Shown one piece after another: positions 38,036 through 52,156 of a stretch of DNA of 64,000 nt; position 1 is the stretch's first letter; each line of letters begins with the position of its first letter. A program made the translations under genes and the position numbers. The stretch covers positions 46,626,001 to 46,690,000 of the forward strand of contig NC_087437.1 of the NCBI RefSeq assembly GCF_036321535.1, given 5' to 3'. This DNA comes from Camelus dromedarius. Taxonomy: Eukaryota. Under the pieces are notes generated by a model. It was not told where the DNA came from. It worked only from the letters and a program-made list of their open reading frames with translations, and did not search any database.

Positions 38036-38790
38036 ATTGGGTACAGCTGCTTTGGAAGACAATCTGGTGCTCCCTTTCATATCTAAATGTACCCTTGCCA
38101 TGCAATCCAGCAATTGTACTGCTTGGTATTTACCCAAAAGAGTTGATAACTTATGCATGAATTTGTACATGAGTATTTACAGCAGCTTTATTCATAATTG
38201 CCAAAACTTGGAAGCAACCAAGATGCCCTATAGTAGGTGAATAGATAAATAAATGGTGGTTCATCCAGAAAATGGAATCTCATTCAACACTAAAAAGAAA
38301 TGAACTATCAAACCATGAAAAGACATGGGGGAAACTTAAATGCATATAACTAAGTGAAAGAAGTAAATCTGAAAATACTGCATACTGTTTGATCCCAACT
38401 ATATGAAATTCAGGAAAAAGCAAAACTATGGAGACAATAAAAAGATCAGAGGTTGCCAGGGGTGAGGGGAGGTATGACTAGGTGTAGCACAGAGGGTTTT
38501 TAGGGCAGTGAAAATACCCACTATGGTGCTTTTATGTTAGGTGCATTATGCATTTGTCCAAGCCCATAGACTGCACAACACCAAGAGTAAACCATAATGC
38601 AAATTACAGACTTTAGGTGATTATGATTTGCCGATGTAAATTCATCAGTAATAACAAACGTAGCATTCTGGTTGGGAATGCTGATAATGGGGGAGGCTGT
38701 ACATGTGTGCCATCAAGGAGTATGTGAGAAATCTCTGCACCTGCCTCTCAATTTTACCGTGAACCTAAAACTGTTCTAAAAAATAAAGGT
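38036..38790 (+). mobile_element. L1MC1/2-like 3' end
   Basis: TTCATAATTGCCAAAACTTGGAAGCAACCAAGATG; AAAAGACATGGGGGAAACTTAAATGCATA; GAACCTAAAACTGTTCTAAAAAATAAAG; followed by (TTTG)n. Confidence 0.88.
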
Positions 38791-39069
38791 TTTGTTTGTT
38801 TGTTTGTTTGTTTTGTTTTTAGTAAGAAAAATCTAGTGGCAAAGAAAAGAAAGGGGGACTATTCAGGAAGAGACAAATGGGAACAGTGTTCCAGACTGAG
38901 AGATCAGCTCTCTACATCCTTTCAGTAAGACTGTAAACCTATGGTGAGACTGTTACTTTCAGAAAGTGAAGAAGCAACTGGCTATGGTTTGACACATTTA
39001 AGAAGTGTGATATTATGAAGGGTTTGTGAACATAGTTTAGAAGATATGATTATTTTCTATCTTTTACTG

Positions 39070-39850
39070 TCTCAGGGGATGGCTTTACCATCCATTCAGC
39101 TGGGCAGGTCAGATTCCTAGAAATTGTCCTTGATGTGTCATGAGTTCTGTTGACATTATGTCCTAGTGTCATTTCTCCACATCCCCACGACTTCTAGTCT
39201 TTTCCACATTGGATTCTTAAAATTCCTTCTAAATGGTTTCTCCACACCCATCCAGGCTCTTCTTAATTCTTTTCTCCACAATTTGCAACCAAAGTGATCT
39301 TTTAAAAGAGCCAATCTCTTCTTTGCTAAAACTCGTTAAGTGATTTCCCCTTAATATTTTACAAATGTCCTTCATGATTTATTCTCTGATTATATATCTG
39401 GTCTTATTTCACACTATTCTCATATATATCATTTTAAGTTATCTTTCATCAGACTAATTATCATTTACATTTGTATATTTTGTGTAATTAATTTCTCTCT
39501 TACCAGAGGAATCCATACACTAAATTGACTCTGCCTCTGACTTTGTATCCTAATTGTGTGATTTTGAGAAGTTATTTAAGCTTTTAAACTTTATCCAGCT
39601 CAGTTTATTCATCTTAGAAAAAAAATAAGACTATCTCATTGAGTGGTTGTACAATTAAATGTAACAATAGTCCCAAGAGTTCTCTGAACAGTGCCTGATA
39701 CATATACATGCCCAATAGCTGAGAACTATTAGATACAGAATGTAAATTCTATCATTGCATGTACCAAAATCTGTTTGGCGTTTCAGTGATTTGTATGACG
39801 CCTGACACAATTGTATAATTCCTCAATACATGTTTTAAAGTAAACAAATA
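39070..39850 (+). mobile_element. L2 fragments with nested MIR (~39500-39730)
   Basis: ACCATCCATTCAGCTG.., CCAAAGTGATCTTTT; MIR TGTGTGATTTTGAGAAGTTATTTAA..CTCAGTTTATTCATCT. Confidence 0.55.
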
Positions 39851-42829
39851 ATAAATAACACAAGTACAAAAGTGAACATTCAATTACACAGTAGAATAAC
39901 ATTTCATTCTTATGAAGTTAAAAAGATAATGTAAATATGTGAAATGTTGACAAGGAGTCCAGCTGATTTCTGTACTTTGGTCTTAAAAGATGATGATCTA
40001 TGTGTAAATCCATAGCCTTGCAAGCCGAGAAACACAAATTTTTGCCAGGATTTTGAGTGAGCTCATTTGGGGATATTGGTTTTCCATAACTAGATTCACA
40101 AGACATGGCTATAAAAACAAGAATAGTAATTTATTGATTTAGAATGAGATATTTAACTATAAATGTATGACAATTTATATTTTGATGAGCACATCTTCTC
40201 TTTTCTAGGAAAGTCTAGAAGAAAGCCAAAATATTATAGGAAATGCATTTGTTAGGCATGGAATCAGAGCAAAGGGAATAGCTGGATGATGTTTGCAACT
40301 AGTGACAATAGGCTATTGTGGAAATTGTGATCCAGCCATCTTCCCTTTATGGATACAATGACAATAGACAGATTACCTTCCCTGGATTGTTCTGACCCAG
40401 TCATCCTCTTGATGACAGTGTATCTTTTGCTAGACAGTATATAGGTCACTTGTTTATGTTTGTGGTTTTCTTTTTCAGATCACTGCTGAGATCGAAATTA
40501 CTATGATCGTTAAGTCCTAAGGAAACAACTTGATCTTTCTTTATTAGACTTAGGTGTTTCCTAAATCGTCTCAGTCATACCTTTACAGATTGATTTTAGG
40601 GTATTTTTGTTGTTATAGTTATTGTTATTGTTTAGCATTGTAACTAAGAGTCAATCTCATTCTTTATGTCGAAGTGGTTTTACTATTCTCATTCTGGATA
40701 CATATTTGCTGATGTCTACAATATGCCCAGTACTATCATAATATTAAATAGCTGATTTTTTAAAATGTCTTCATTTTAAGTTTGGGCTTTCTTTTTTTTT
40801 AACATAGGAGGGACAGTTTCATTATTAGTTTTTTTTGATGTTTACTTATTATCATAATCAAAGTAACCTTCCAGAAGTCAACCTAGGGAGGTTTGTAGAA
40901 TAAGTGAAGAAAGGAAGGAACAATGTGCAAACTTGGTGGCAGCATTTTGGATACACCTGAACTGGAGATTTACTTGCATAGAAACTAAGAGATAAGCACG
41001 GATGCTGCTTTTTTCCATTTACAGCAGTCATGGAATTGACTGTTATTAAAAATGAAATAAACGTTCTCTCTTTATGAATAAATCTTCACAAATTATCCTT
41101 AAACCTTTTAATTTTCCTTATCATTGGATTACAGGAAGAAATGTCATTTCATAGTCTTAATGAGTATTTAGGTGAGACACAGTTTTAAAACTACTGATAG
41201 GTATAGTAACATTTCCATTTATTTGGACTAATCAGAGAGAAGTTAGTTTAAAATTAATGAAAATTCTGAAATGATTTTTATTATTTTCAAGTGCAGCAAT
41301 AACTAAAAACAGGCTAACTCTAGGCTCTATTAATGAGACATTGCAGAGAATTTGTAGTTAGCATATTGGTTGCTTTAATGTAGAAGTAATATCCAAATGA
41401 GATCTCAGAAGACATGTTAAAACTACTTAAAAGAACAAACAGGATTCCTACCATTGATTTTTTCAAACCTATTTTCCAAAATTATACACATTATATTTTA
41501 TCTGAGAACCATTTAAAATTATCACCACTTTCATATTTATAAGGTACAACTAAGGACTTTAAACTAAATTACAAACTTTGTAGGTGGAAAGTTTAAGTAG
41601 TTATATTTTTTAATAGTAGCTTCATGTGTTTTATGGTCTTCTGAGCTTTTAATGCCTGCACATCCCTAATTATGATTACAATTACTAGCTCAGTTAAAGT
41701 TGAGTGCATGATTATGTGGGAGTATTTCAGGTAATAAGTTAGAAATTTTAACTCAGTAATTGCCAGTGATTAATTCTATTTTTCTAGATTGTTTTTTGTT
41801 TGAATTTGAAAAGTTGGCTTATTATTTCCTTGAACTGTAATTGCCTGTAAATTATGCACAAGGCTCTAAGTTCTGAGTTAATTATATCCTAGTGAGCTCT
41901 TTTAAATCAAACTCAGAAATTTCAAGGTATGCACATCGTAAGAACCCATTAAATCCTTTAGCGTGTGTCTGGGTAAGAACTGCCATGCAAGATTGATGAC
42001 AGTAGTTTTTTGAAGTTCTTTCAGTTCTGTGGTGCCAATCATTAAAGGCACTGAAATTCATCTCTATTGAAGAATTTATAGAAATTCAAAAAATTATAAT
42101 TATGCTGGTGAATCTCTGGCCAGTGTTTTTTATCCCAACTTCTTTAGAAGACACAAGCTCCTGGTCTGAATTATGAAAAACTGTAAGCATAGAAAGTGTC
42201 AGATCACAATCATTTTATTTAACTTGCATTCATTATATATCCAAAAATGAAAAACAAAGTAGCATAATAAAAAGAATCAGAAATCCTGAAAGCAAAGCTG
42301 GTATGTGTCGTGATGATATTATAATTAATTTGTGAAACAAGAAGTGGCTGTAATGAAATGTCCCTTCATTTACCTGCTCATTTATTCATGTTAAAAGTGA
42401 TGTGGAGTTCTGACTCAAGAGAGTTAATGTAAAATACTCATTTACTTTTCATCCTTCTCACAATGTAGAGAAATAAAAACTATTTTAAAAAACTATAAAC
42501 CTTCAACAATGAAGTGAACCATGAAACAGAGTTAAGGAGTGAGAAAGGAGAGAAATAAATAAATTTTTGGAAGACTGAAGGCAGCTGAAGACATGGTGAC
42601 GTGTTGAAAGGTAAAACAAAGCAAAAAGAGCCATATATCATAATATGACTCAGTGAAACTTCAGTATAGTCAGAAATCTAGTTTCCTGGGTAAAGGCAAG
42701 AGAGACTAAAAGCTTGAGAACATGGGACTAATTGACTTTGCCTTTTTGAACAGCTGCTCCACATAGCCCCCTATTCATATCCTTAATTCACCTATAAATG
42801 AAAAAAAAACAAAGAAACAAACTAGTTTC

Positions 42830-45800
42830 ATACTTACTATTAGCAACATTGGATATTAATAAATAAAACAATTCACTCATGTGGAAAACGTTTTTAAACA
42901 CAATTTTTTAGACTCAATTGAAATACTGATCAGGGGTGAGAGTAAAAGAGATATTTTTGGACATGTAAAGCGTTCATAAATTTTACTTTGTGTTCACCTT
43001 TTCTGAGAAAATTATTTGAGAATCTACATAGGAAAAATGGGATAAAACCAAGAAAGAAATGTTATGAAATAAAGGAACTAGTCTTGCAATGAAACAATCA
43101 TGATACTAAAATGAGAGCTTTGAAACAGACCTGGAGAAGAATAATCTGGAAACAAAAACTAAATATGATTAAAAGAAATTAAATGAAGAGGTAGAGAATT
43201 AGGGGCAGATAAGCAGAAATTATAAAAAAGAGTCACCTGGAAATTCTAAAATGGAAAACATGACTGAAGTTGAGAATTGAATGGATCTGTTTAACAGCAG
43301 AATAGAAATAGCAAAAAAGAAAATTAGTGACAGAATTAATAATCCTGAAATATCAGAAGAAAAAATCCAGATTAAGGCATAGAGACATCAAAGGATGGAG
43401 CATAAGACACAGCAGATATGACTTCTTTTTATGTCTAACTTATGTGTAAATGGAGTCCAAAGGAGAAGAGACAGAGAGAATGGGGTAAAAGAACCATTTG
43501 AAAAGATAATGGCTGAGGATTTTCCAGAAACTGCTCAAGGACATCAAATCACAGATTCAAAAACTTCTGTGACCCTAAACAGAATTAAAAGACAAATCAC
43601 TTAAGCTCATAAAGTCATATGTTGAAAAACAAACGTAATGAAAACCAGAGGAAAATGATACATTACATTTAAAGAACAGTAAGAATGAGAGCTGAGTCTG
43701 AACACACAAGATAAAGTCAAAGGACAATAGAATGATGTCTTCAAAGTATTGGTGGGATGAAATAAAAACCCTCTGGCTTGAAATTCTGTAATCATTGAAA
43801 ATATTGTCTCAAAATGAGACAAAATAATAAACGTTTAGAGAATAAAAGACGAAAGACATACTGCTATAATCCAGCAGCAGTAGAACCACGTTAAAGAAAA
43901 TATTAAGGGGAATGCTACACACACAGAGAAATCAAGATTCTGGAGGAAAACAAGAGCAATAAAAGGAGCAAATATGTGTGTAAATATAAATGTTCATTAA
44001 AATAATTTAATGGGGATATGTAGTACATATAATATGTTATATATAATATAAGCACTATATAATGTTGGGTATGTATAATACCTAAGAATAAAACATAAAA
44101 ATTAGAGAGGAGGATGTAAAAGCAGTTACAGTATTCTAAGGTCTTTGAAAGTTGTAACAGTACTAATTTCTATATAGTGTTTAATAAGTCAAGAATATAT
44201 GTGAACATTTCCAAGAAAACAACTGACAGGATACTAAAAATACATAACTAACAAGCTAATATGTGCAGAGATAAGAGCAAAACGTTAGTAGATAATTACA
44301 TTGTAAATTAAAAAAATAAATAATATGAAAGTAACAGGAGAGAGAAAACAAAGGACTAAAGCAGAAATTATAATCAGAAAATCAGTAGTAAATGATGCAT
44401 TTAATTCCAATCATATCAATGATTGTGTTAAATATTAATGGAGTAAACACTTTAATTAGAAGACAAAGATGATCAGAGTCAATAAAATACTAAGAATATG
44501 CTACAAGAGATGTACTTTGAATGTAATGACATAGGGAGATTAAAAGAAAACGGATAGAAAAGATATATCATGCAAACAGTAAATGTAAGGTTAGAGTGAT
44601 TATATTAATGCCGTATAAAATAAGTGTCAATACAAACAGTACCAAATATTTGGTACATTTCATAGTATAAAAGGGTCGATTCATCAAGAAGACATAAACA
44701 TTATGAATCTGTATATATTCTCTAGTGGAAACAAAATATATAAGGCAAAATGACAGAATTATGGGGAGAAATAAATACTTGTTTAACCTCAGTGAAAAAT
44801 GTTAACAGGCAACAAACATATGAAAAAATGTTCAACATCATTAGTGATGAAGCAAATGCATATTAAAACCACATCTATAGTGAAAATTCAGACCACTGTT
44901 TGAAACTGGGAACAAAAGTGAGAGTTAAGTTGCAAAAAGTAACAAGAAATCTTCTGTGGCTGATGAAAATATTGTATCTTTATTATGGTGGTGATTTAAC
45001 AGGTGTATTCAATACCAAAACTCATTCAATTGCATTTAATGGCTGCAGTGGTTTTTTGTTTTTTTTGTTTTTTGTCCTAAATTACTGCCCAATAAGAATG
45101 ATTTTAAAAATCCACCAACTTATACTCAAAGAATGTAGAATAAAGATAAGAACAAATATCAGAGGAAAAATCAACCAAATAAAAGCACAATGTATGACAT
45201 AAAAGTGATAAGGCTATAGATGATTCTTTGTTAACACAAATAGAACTGATAAACCTCCGGCAAGAATGACCAACGAATACTAAGGATGGGAGGGTACAAA
45301 TGACCAACACCAGGAATGAGAATGGGACATCACCACCAACCATACTAGCATTTTAAAATTATTTTTTGAAAAGAATAGATATATTTAAAATTTCAGACAA
45401 AAACACTGCTTACCACAGTTGACAAAAGAAGAGATAGAAAATCTTGATCATCCTATATCTATTAAAGGAATGAAATTTGTAATTAAAAATTACTGCACAA
45501 AGAAAATTCCATATGTCACAAATGGCTTCACCTGTTAAATTTACCAAACATATCACAAATCTTACACAAGCAAATATTTGAAAGAATAGGAAAAGAGGAA
45601 CACTTTCCAGTTTCTTTTTGAGGCAAGCACAATCTTGATATTAAACCTGACAAAGATGTCCCAGCAAGGGAAAATTATAAATTAGCCTCCCAAGAACAGA
45701 AATGTTAAGATCCAAATGAAATAGCAGACCAAATCTAGTAATATGTAAGAGGATAAGGCATTGTGACCATGTTGAATTTATTTTAAGAATGTAAGTTTGG

Positions 45801-46490
45801 TTTAACATTTGAAATTAACCAAAAACAATTAAACACACAAATAGAATAAAGAAGAAAATAAGTAGACAGAAAAAGCTTGATAAAACTCAATAACCATTTT
45901 ATGATATAAACCATTACAAAACTAGGCATAGAAGTTCACTTCAATAGTATGATACCGAGAATCTGCCAAAAGCAAAGAAACAAATGATGAACTTCTTACT
46001 GAACTGTAAACATTTAAAGTTTTCTTCCTGTTACTGTGGAGAAGATAAGGATCCCTGCTTTCACCACTTCACGCAACATCACACTGGAGATCCTCAGCAA
46101 GAATTCGTGAGTTCAGAGATAATTTCTAACAATTGATGGAGTAAAAATTTAAGTTTTGGGCACAATTTGTCCAATAGACATGTCAAAACAATAGCATAAC
46201 TATGAAAAACTGGGAAATATGAGAGATGGATGGGTGTACAGAGAGGTGAGTCATTATATTTCAAATTAAAGAGTCAACAGGTATTGTATTTGATTATATA
46301 AGTAAGACCATTGAGATTAACTGAAATTATCATTAGTCTTAGAAGTGAAAATAGAAATAATTTAAAGTTGACCTCAGGGTAGAAGACTGGAGTTCGGTGA
46401 GGTGGGATGTAATACTATTGCTTTCATTATAAGCTCTTTGACTTTGTTCATTTTTAACATATTAAAGATTTTATTAAGATTACTTTAAAA
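42830..46490 (+). mobile_element. HAL1-like element interrupted by an ancient L1M ORF1/ORF2 remnant (~43160-46100)
   Basis: HAL1-like CACCTTTTCTGAGAAAATTATT..AAACCAAGAAAGA; L1 ORF1/EN/RT motifs (ATAATGGCTGAGGATTTTCCA, ATTCATCAAGAAGACATAA, GATAAAACTCAATAACCATT, TCACCACTTC..CAACATC.ACTGGAG). Confidence 0.7.
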
Positions 46491-47587
46491 TTACATATTT
46501 TGGTATAGCTGAAAGTGTGCCTACTCTTGAATCAGGTAGCTCTGGGTCCAAATCCTGCTCTACCACACATTAATTTGTGACATTTACTATGTTACTTAAA
46601 CTTCTAAGCAAATACTTTTCTAAAAGTTATTTACAATAAACATTCTGAACCTGTTTGAATTCCTCATATATAATTTATAATCTTTTTTCCACTTAATATT
46701 TTATCATTATTTCTTCATTCATAAATACAATTTCACAACATTTTTTAAATGTCAAAGGAATAGCCCGTTATTTACAAATCAGAATTTGTTCATTCAGTAC
46801 CTTAATTTTAGCAATGTATTTTAGTTAACATATTTTTGAAATTATAAAAAATGCTATAATAAACATTCTTAAAAAAAATTTGGTGTATATCTTGGACATA
46901 TTACTTCAGGATTAAGCACTAGACCATATAATATGTGCATTATTAAGGAGTTTATTTTCATATTGCCAAATTGCCCTCAATAAATATTGTAAAAGTTTTC
47001 CCTTCACTATTTATGTAGGAGATAAAATAGCCTGTATTTCTATAATATTCATATACTTAATGTTATATTTATTTATATATTTTGCCAATATCATGTGTTT
47101 AAAAATATTTTCTCCCATATTAATGTATCTGTTTACATAGTTGTGGATTTCGGAGTGTCAATACTTTTTAATTTTTATTTCATTTTAGTATATAGTCCTC
47201 ATTTATCAATCTCATTTTTCAAGATATCCTTGACTATTCTCAATAACATGCACAAAAATAATATTAAATATGTCAGGCTTTCATTAATTCATTGACTTAC
47301 TCCGTCAGCCATGTGGTTTGACAGGGGGAGGTAGTTGTGTTATTTCCAGAAAATGGATTAAATTACTCTAGTTATTGCAAATATGCATAGGAAAAAGTTG
47401 AGCAGACTGAACAATAGAAATCTAGTACAAAATGTATATTGGAGTACATTTTTCTAGATCTTGTCTATTATAAAATGTGCTTCTACTTTATACTTGACAA
47501 ATTTGTTGTGTATAAAATTCTTGTGTCCCAAACTTTTTCACCCAAACCTCATTGTGTTGATCCATTATCTTCTAGCATTTACTACAG

Positions 47588-47870
47588 TGTTAGTTTATAT
47601 CCTCTAGAAAGTAGATGATGAGACAGAGTGAAGAGAGCAAGGGGATTTTTGGTGCATAAGCCTCTGAAGATAAAGGGAAGGAAGTAGAAGTGGGCAGGGG
47701 AAGTATTCAGATCATGATATGGATCTGAAACTTGTGAAAGGAAAGAAGGAAGGCAACATAATTGAGCAGGGAGAATCTCAGACTGTGATGCATCTGACAA
47801 AGTCTTGGCCAACTCAGTATGGAGTGCCAGAAAAGTCTCATTAGAAGATTCCCTGACTGGGCAGAAATGG
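47588..47870 (-). mobile_element. LTR41-like ERVL LTR fragment
   Basis: TCAGATCATGAT..GATCTGAAACTTGTGAAAGGA..CTCAGACTGTGATGCATCTGACAAAGTCTTGGCCA. Confidence 0.6.
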
Positions 47871-47884
47871 TCTTTTTTTCCCCC

Positions 47885-49330
47885 CACCGTCTGTGGCTTA
47901 TTTTCTCATTCTCTCAATAGAATCTTAGTAGATCAATAGTTTTTAATTTTGATAAACTCTTTTTCTTCCTCCCTCCCTCCTTCCCTCTTTCTTTCAATGC
48001 TTCAAAGATTTTCTACTGTTATAGAAACTTTATTGTTATTTTTCTTTTACATTTATGTCTGTGATTCATTTTTCCTTAACTTTTATATAGGGTGTGAAAT
48101 ACGGGTCCAGGTCGTTTTTGTTGTTTCTTTTTGGCATATGGATGTTTGATTTTTTTTTCTGCAATTATCCAACTTTTCTCCAACTAAATTTTTCTGTATT
48201 ACAAGAAGTTCCTATGTGTGTAGGCCTGTTTCTAGAAACTTTTCTCAATTTTATCAGTCTATTTGTCTATCCTCATGCCAATAAAACTCTGTTTCAGTCA
48301 TCATAGTTTTATAATGTTTTAATATTGTAGGGCAAGCCCCTCACCTCATATTGTTTTTCAAAACTTTTTTGATTCTTCCAGAACCTTTACGTTTCTCTTT
48401 GAATTTTAGACCGTTTTGTCACATACTATTAAAATGTCCTATAGGAATTTTTGTTAGTCTTAACCCAAACAGGTCACCATTTCTATTTGTCACCTTACGG
48501 TTGGTATTGATTAGAAGCTTTTCCTGAAGTTGGGCAAAACTACATGGTTGTCTTTTCCATGTAACTTAAAGCATAGTATTATAAATAAACAGTTGGAAAA
48601 AAGAATTAAATCTTAATTTTAATTCAGTAAATAGAACTGAATTAATAGATAATGTGTGGAAATTAGTATCATTATGATAATGAGCTTCTCCATCCATCCA
48701 TGAATTTTATACATTTTCCATTTACTCAGGTCTATTTTATGACCTTCAAAAGTTTAAGAATACTCTCCCCAAAGGTCTTACACCTTTTGGTAGACTTATT
48801 TCTTGATATCTTATAGGTTTTTTTTTGTTTTTTTTTTTGCTTATATAAGTCAAATAACTTTTAAAGTTTCATTTTCTAAATGATTATTGCTGGTATATAG
48901 GAATGTTATTTAATTTTTATGTTCATCTTGTACTCAACAATGCTGGAAAATGTTTTAACTGGTTCTAATAATTCCTTCTAGGTTCCTACTGATTTTCTAA
49001 GTTGATAATCTTATTTTCATGGATATTCATATTTTCTGTTTCCCTCCTTTGATTTCTTATTTGTGTTGTCTTTCTCCTGCTCCTCCATCTCCTTCTGTCA
49101 AATATTCTAGTGAGATGTAGCATAGTAGTGACAATCAGCCCTGCAGTTTTGTCCTTGACATTAGTGGGAAAGTTTCTAAAGTTTCAAAATAAGGCATGTT
49201 TTTATTGTATAGTTGATCAAGACCCGTTAATAGGTTAAGAAAGTTCACATCTATTACTTATTGTTAGGAGTTTGTTGATTTATCATGAAAAAATATTAAA
49301 TAAATATCAAATACTCCATCAATATAGTAA
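47885..49330 (-). mobile_element. Old L1 (L1ME-like) ORF2 remnant
   Basis: T-rich antisense L1 motifs (TTGCTGGTATATAGGAATG, CTTGACATTAGTGGGAAAG..TCTAAAGTTTCA). Confidence 0.65.
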
Positions 49331-49760
49331 AATAAAATTAATTTTTCATGATTTCTGATAGACTTATTTCTATACTGTGCTTTTCTAACTTCTTTTAACA
49401 GAGTATTTTTTTCTGGGTAAGTGGTATACTCCAGATCCCATCCTGGGCCTACTGAATTGATAACTCTTTAAAGGATAAGGGGTGGGGCAGGAATTGTATT
49501 AAGAAAGGGAACGTTCCCAGGTCAAGTTGATGATAAGATAGGTTGTGAAACGATATCTGCAGAATGAAGTCCAAGCTCCTTGCTCCTTAAAAAGAGAAAA
49601 ATCCTTTCATAAAACTTTTGCTTATTTCTCCAAGCCTCACCTCTTGCTCTTCCACCCCATGATTTGAGTTCCTGCAACGCTCAGTTGCCTTGGTTTATGC
49701 CGCACTCTCAGTCTAAGTGCTTTTCCTTTATCAGTGCTCCCCAGATGTGGCTAATATCAA

Positions 49761-50249
49761 CAGATCTTCCTCAACGTATGATGGGGTTATGTTCTGAAAA
49801 ACCCATCATAAGTTGAAAACATCCTAAATTGAAAATGCATTTAATACGGCTAACCTACCGAACGTCATAGCTTAGCCTAGCCTACCTTAAATGTGCTCAA
49901 AATATTACATTAGCCCACAGTTGAGTGAAATCATCTAACACAAAATCTATTTTACAATAAAGTGTTGAGTATCTCATGCAGTTAATTGAATACTGAACTG
50001 AAAGTGAAAAACAGATGGTTGTCTGGGTACAGAATGGATGTAAATGTATCGGCTGTTTCCCCTCCTGACTGAGAGCTGTCACTCACTGCCCTGCTCAGCA
50101 TCACGAGAGTATCTATTGTATATTCCTTGCCAGGGAAAAGAGCAAAATTCAAAATTGGAATTGCAGTTTCTACAGAATGCATATAGCTTTCATACCATTG
50201 TGAAGTTGAAAAATCTGAAGTTGAACCATAGTAAATCGGGGACCATCTT
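49761..50249 (+). mobile_element. Tigger5b/MER47-family MITE, opposite orientation to the 24308 copy
   Basis: CAGATCTTCCTCAAC.TATGATGGGGTTA; GCTTAGCCTAGCCTACCTTAAA; end GAACCATAGTAAATCGGGGACCATCT. Confidence 0.85.
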
Positions 50250-51706
50250 TACTCATCATTTAATAGGCAACTCAGTTGTGTCAGCTTAGGTTAGACTGAG
50301 GAGGCAACCCATCGTCTGTCTCTCCATCACACCACAGGGCATTAAAAGTCCCTGCTCAGGGACTCTCAGTTCTTGACGGAGGAACTTGTGCCTATTCACC
50401 AGTGAGGTCCCAGTGCCTAGAGTAGTGTGGACACATGGTCACCACACAATGAAATCTTTTGAAATGGAACCAATTCTTTTAATGCAGAATGCTCAGAATT
50501 GAACTCATTTTTTTTCTGAGCCCTCACCTGTGCTATCTGGGCATCCTCCAAACTCTATGACATTGGGTCTTTTCCAGTGCTCTTCGGTAATGCCAAATGT
50601 TTCTTTGATGTACTAGCACTATTTTCCCTCAGACAGAGTTTGAAACACATCTCTGAACTCAGTTAACTGTTTCACTGCAGCAAAATCTTTGAGTGGAAAC
50701 ATATTCATAAACCAACACATAACCTTTTCCATGACGGGTGAATGTGAGGTGAGTGGAATGAGAGAATATGTCTCTGTGTTTTTGTAGACAGAGGTACTGA
50801 AACATTGTGGGATTTTATTTTTTCCTGTTATATCCTGTGACATCCATTGACAAGCATTTTGAAAAACAATCATATATTAAAAAAATGTAACTTCAGAAAA
50901 GTAGAAAAAGGAAAAGTGTGGGGGGAAATCTTAAAATGCTTAAAAGTTATCAGTATTTGGCTACAGATGCCCAATTTCTACTAGGAAAAAAAATACACTG
51001 TACACTGGCTCTCAGTCTAAGTTAGTGAGCCTGGTTGGTTGTGCTTCCTGCTCCGTTGCCGTCGTGGTGTGAAGTTCTAATAAGCAAGACATGCAGTTCT
51101 CTTTGTCCTCCTGAATAAACCCTTTTAGACATTCACCCACAACTGAACATGCTAGTGATCAGTCATATTTAGCCATTGTGGTTCATTACGTTCTAGCAAG
51201 TCATTAAAATAGGAAAGCTTCTCTTTAAAAGGATTCATATTATTTGGTCAAGCAGTTTTAAGAAGCACACAGAACTAAAGCTGTTAAATAAATAACTGTT
51301 CTGACTGATAAATAGGTTTCCCAAAACAGAACCAAGAAGGGCTTTCAAATTTTCACTGTTGGCTCTGCTATCTGGAGCAGCTCTGACCTTTGCTTCCTCT
51401 TACCAAGAATAAAAATTTCTTAAAATTATATAGTTTCTCGTAATTTAAAGATTGCTCTAACATACATTTTCTTGGATAATTTACTCAAAAACTCTTCGAT
51501 GAAGGCAGTTTTCATTATTTCCATTTGTACAAGTATATCTAAAGCCCCAAGAAGATAACTTGGCCAACTTGACTCAAAAGTTTTAGTGCTAAGGTGCAAA
51601 CTTGGGCCAAGTAAGCCCTACACTGGAACCGTTTCCATCACATCACCACTGAACCGAAGCAACTCGTGCTGTGGTAGTGATAGTAAACCCTAAAGGTTTC
51701 AATTTT

Positions 51707-52156
51707 GTTTATTTTTATTTTTTAATTGAAGTATAGTTGATTTGCAATATTGTGTTAGTTTTAGGTGTACAGTAAAGTGATTCAGTTATATATATATTTC
51801 AGATTATTTTCCATTATAGGTTATTATAAGATATTAAATATTGTCCCCGTGTTATACAGTAAGTCCTTGTTGCTTATCTATTTTTATATATAGTAGCATA
51901 TGTCTGTTAATCCCATACTCCTAATTTAGCCCTTCCCATCCTCCCTTTCCCCTTTGGTAACCATAAGTTTGTTTTCTGTCTGTGAGTCTGTTTCTGTTTT
52001 GAAAATTAGTTTATTTGTATTGTTTTTTAGATTCCACAAAAAAGTGATACCATATGTTTGTCTTTGTCTGACTTCACTTAGTATTATATTCTCCAGGTGC
52101 ATCCATGTTGCTGCAAAGGGCAATATTTCATTCTTTTCTATGGCTGAATAATATTC
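51707..52156 (-). mobile_element. Artiodactyl-type L1 3' end (~450 bp)
   Basis: Same tail family as the 37009 copy; TSD AAAGGTTTCAATTTT (51692-51706) / AAAGGTTTCAGTTTT (52157-52171). Confidence 0.9.
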
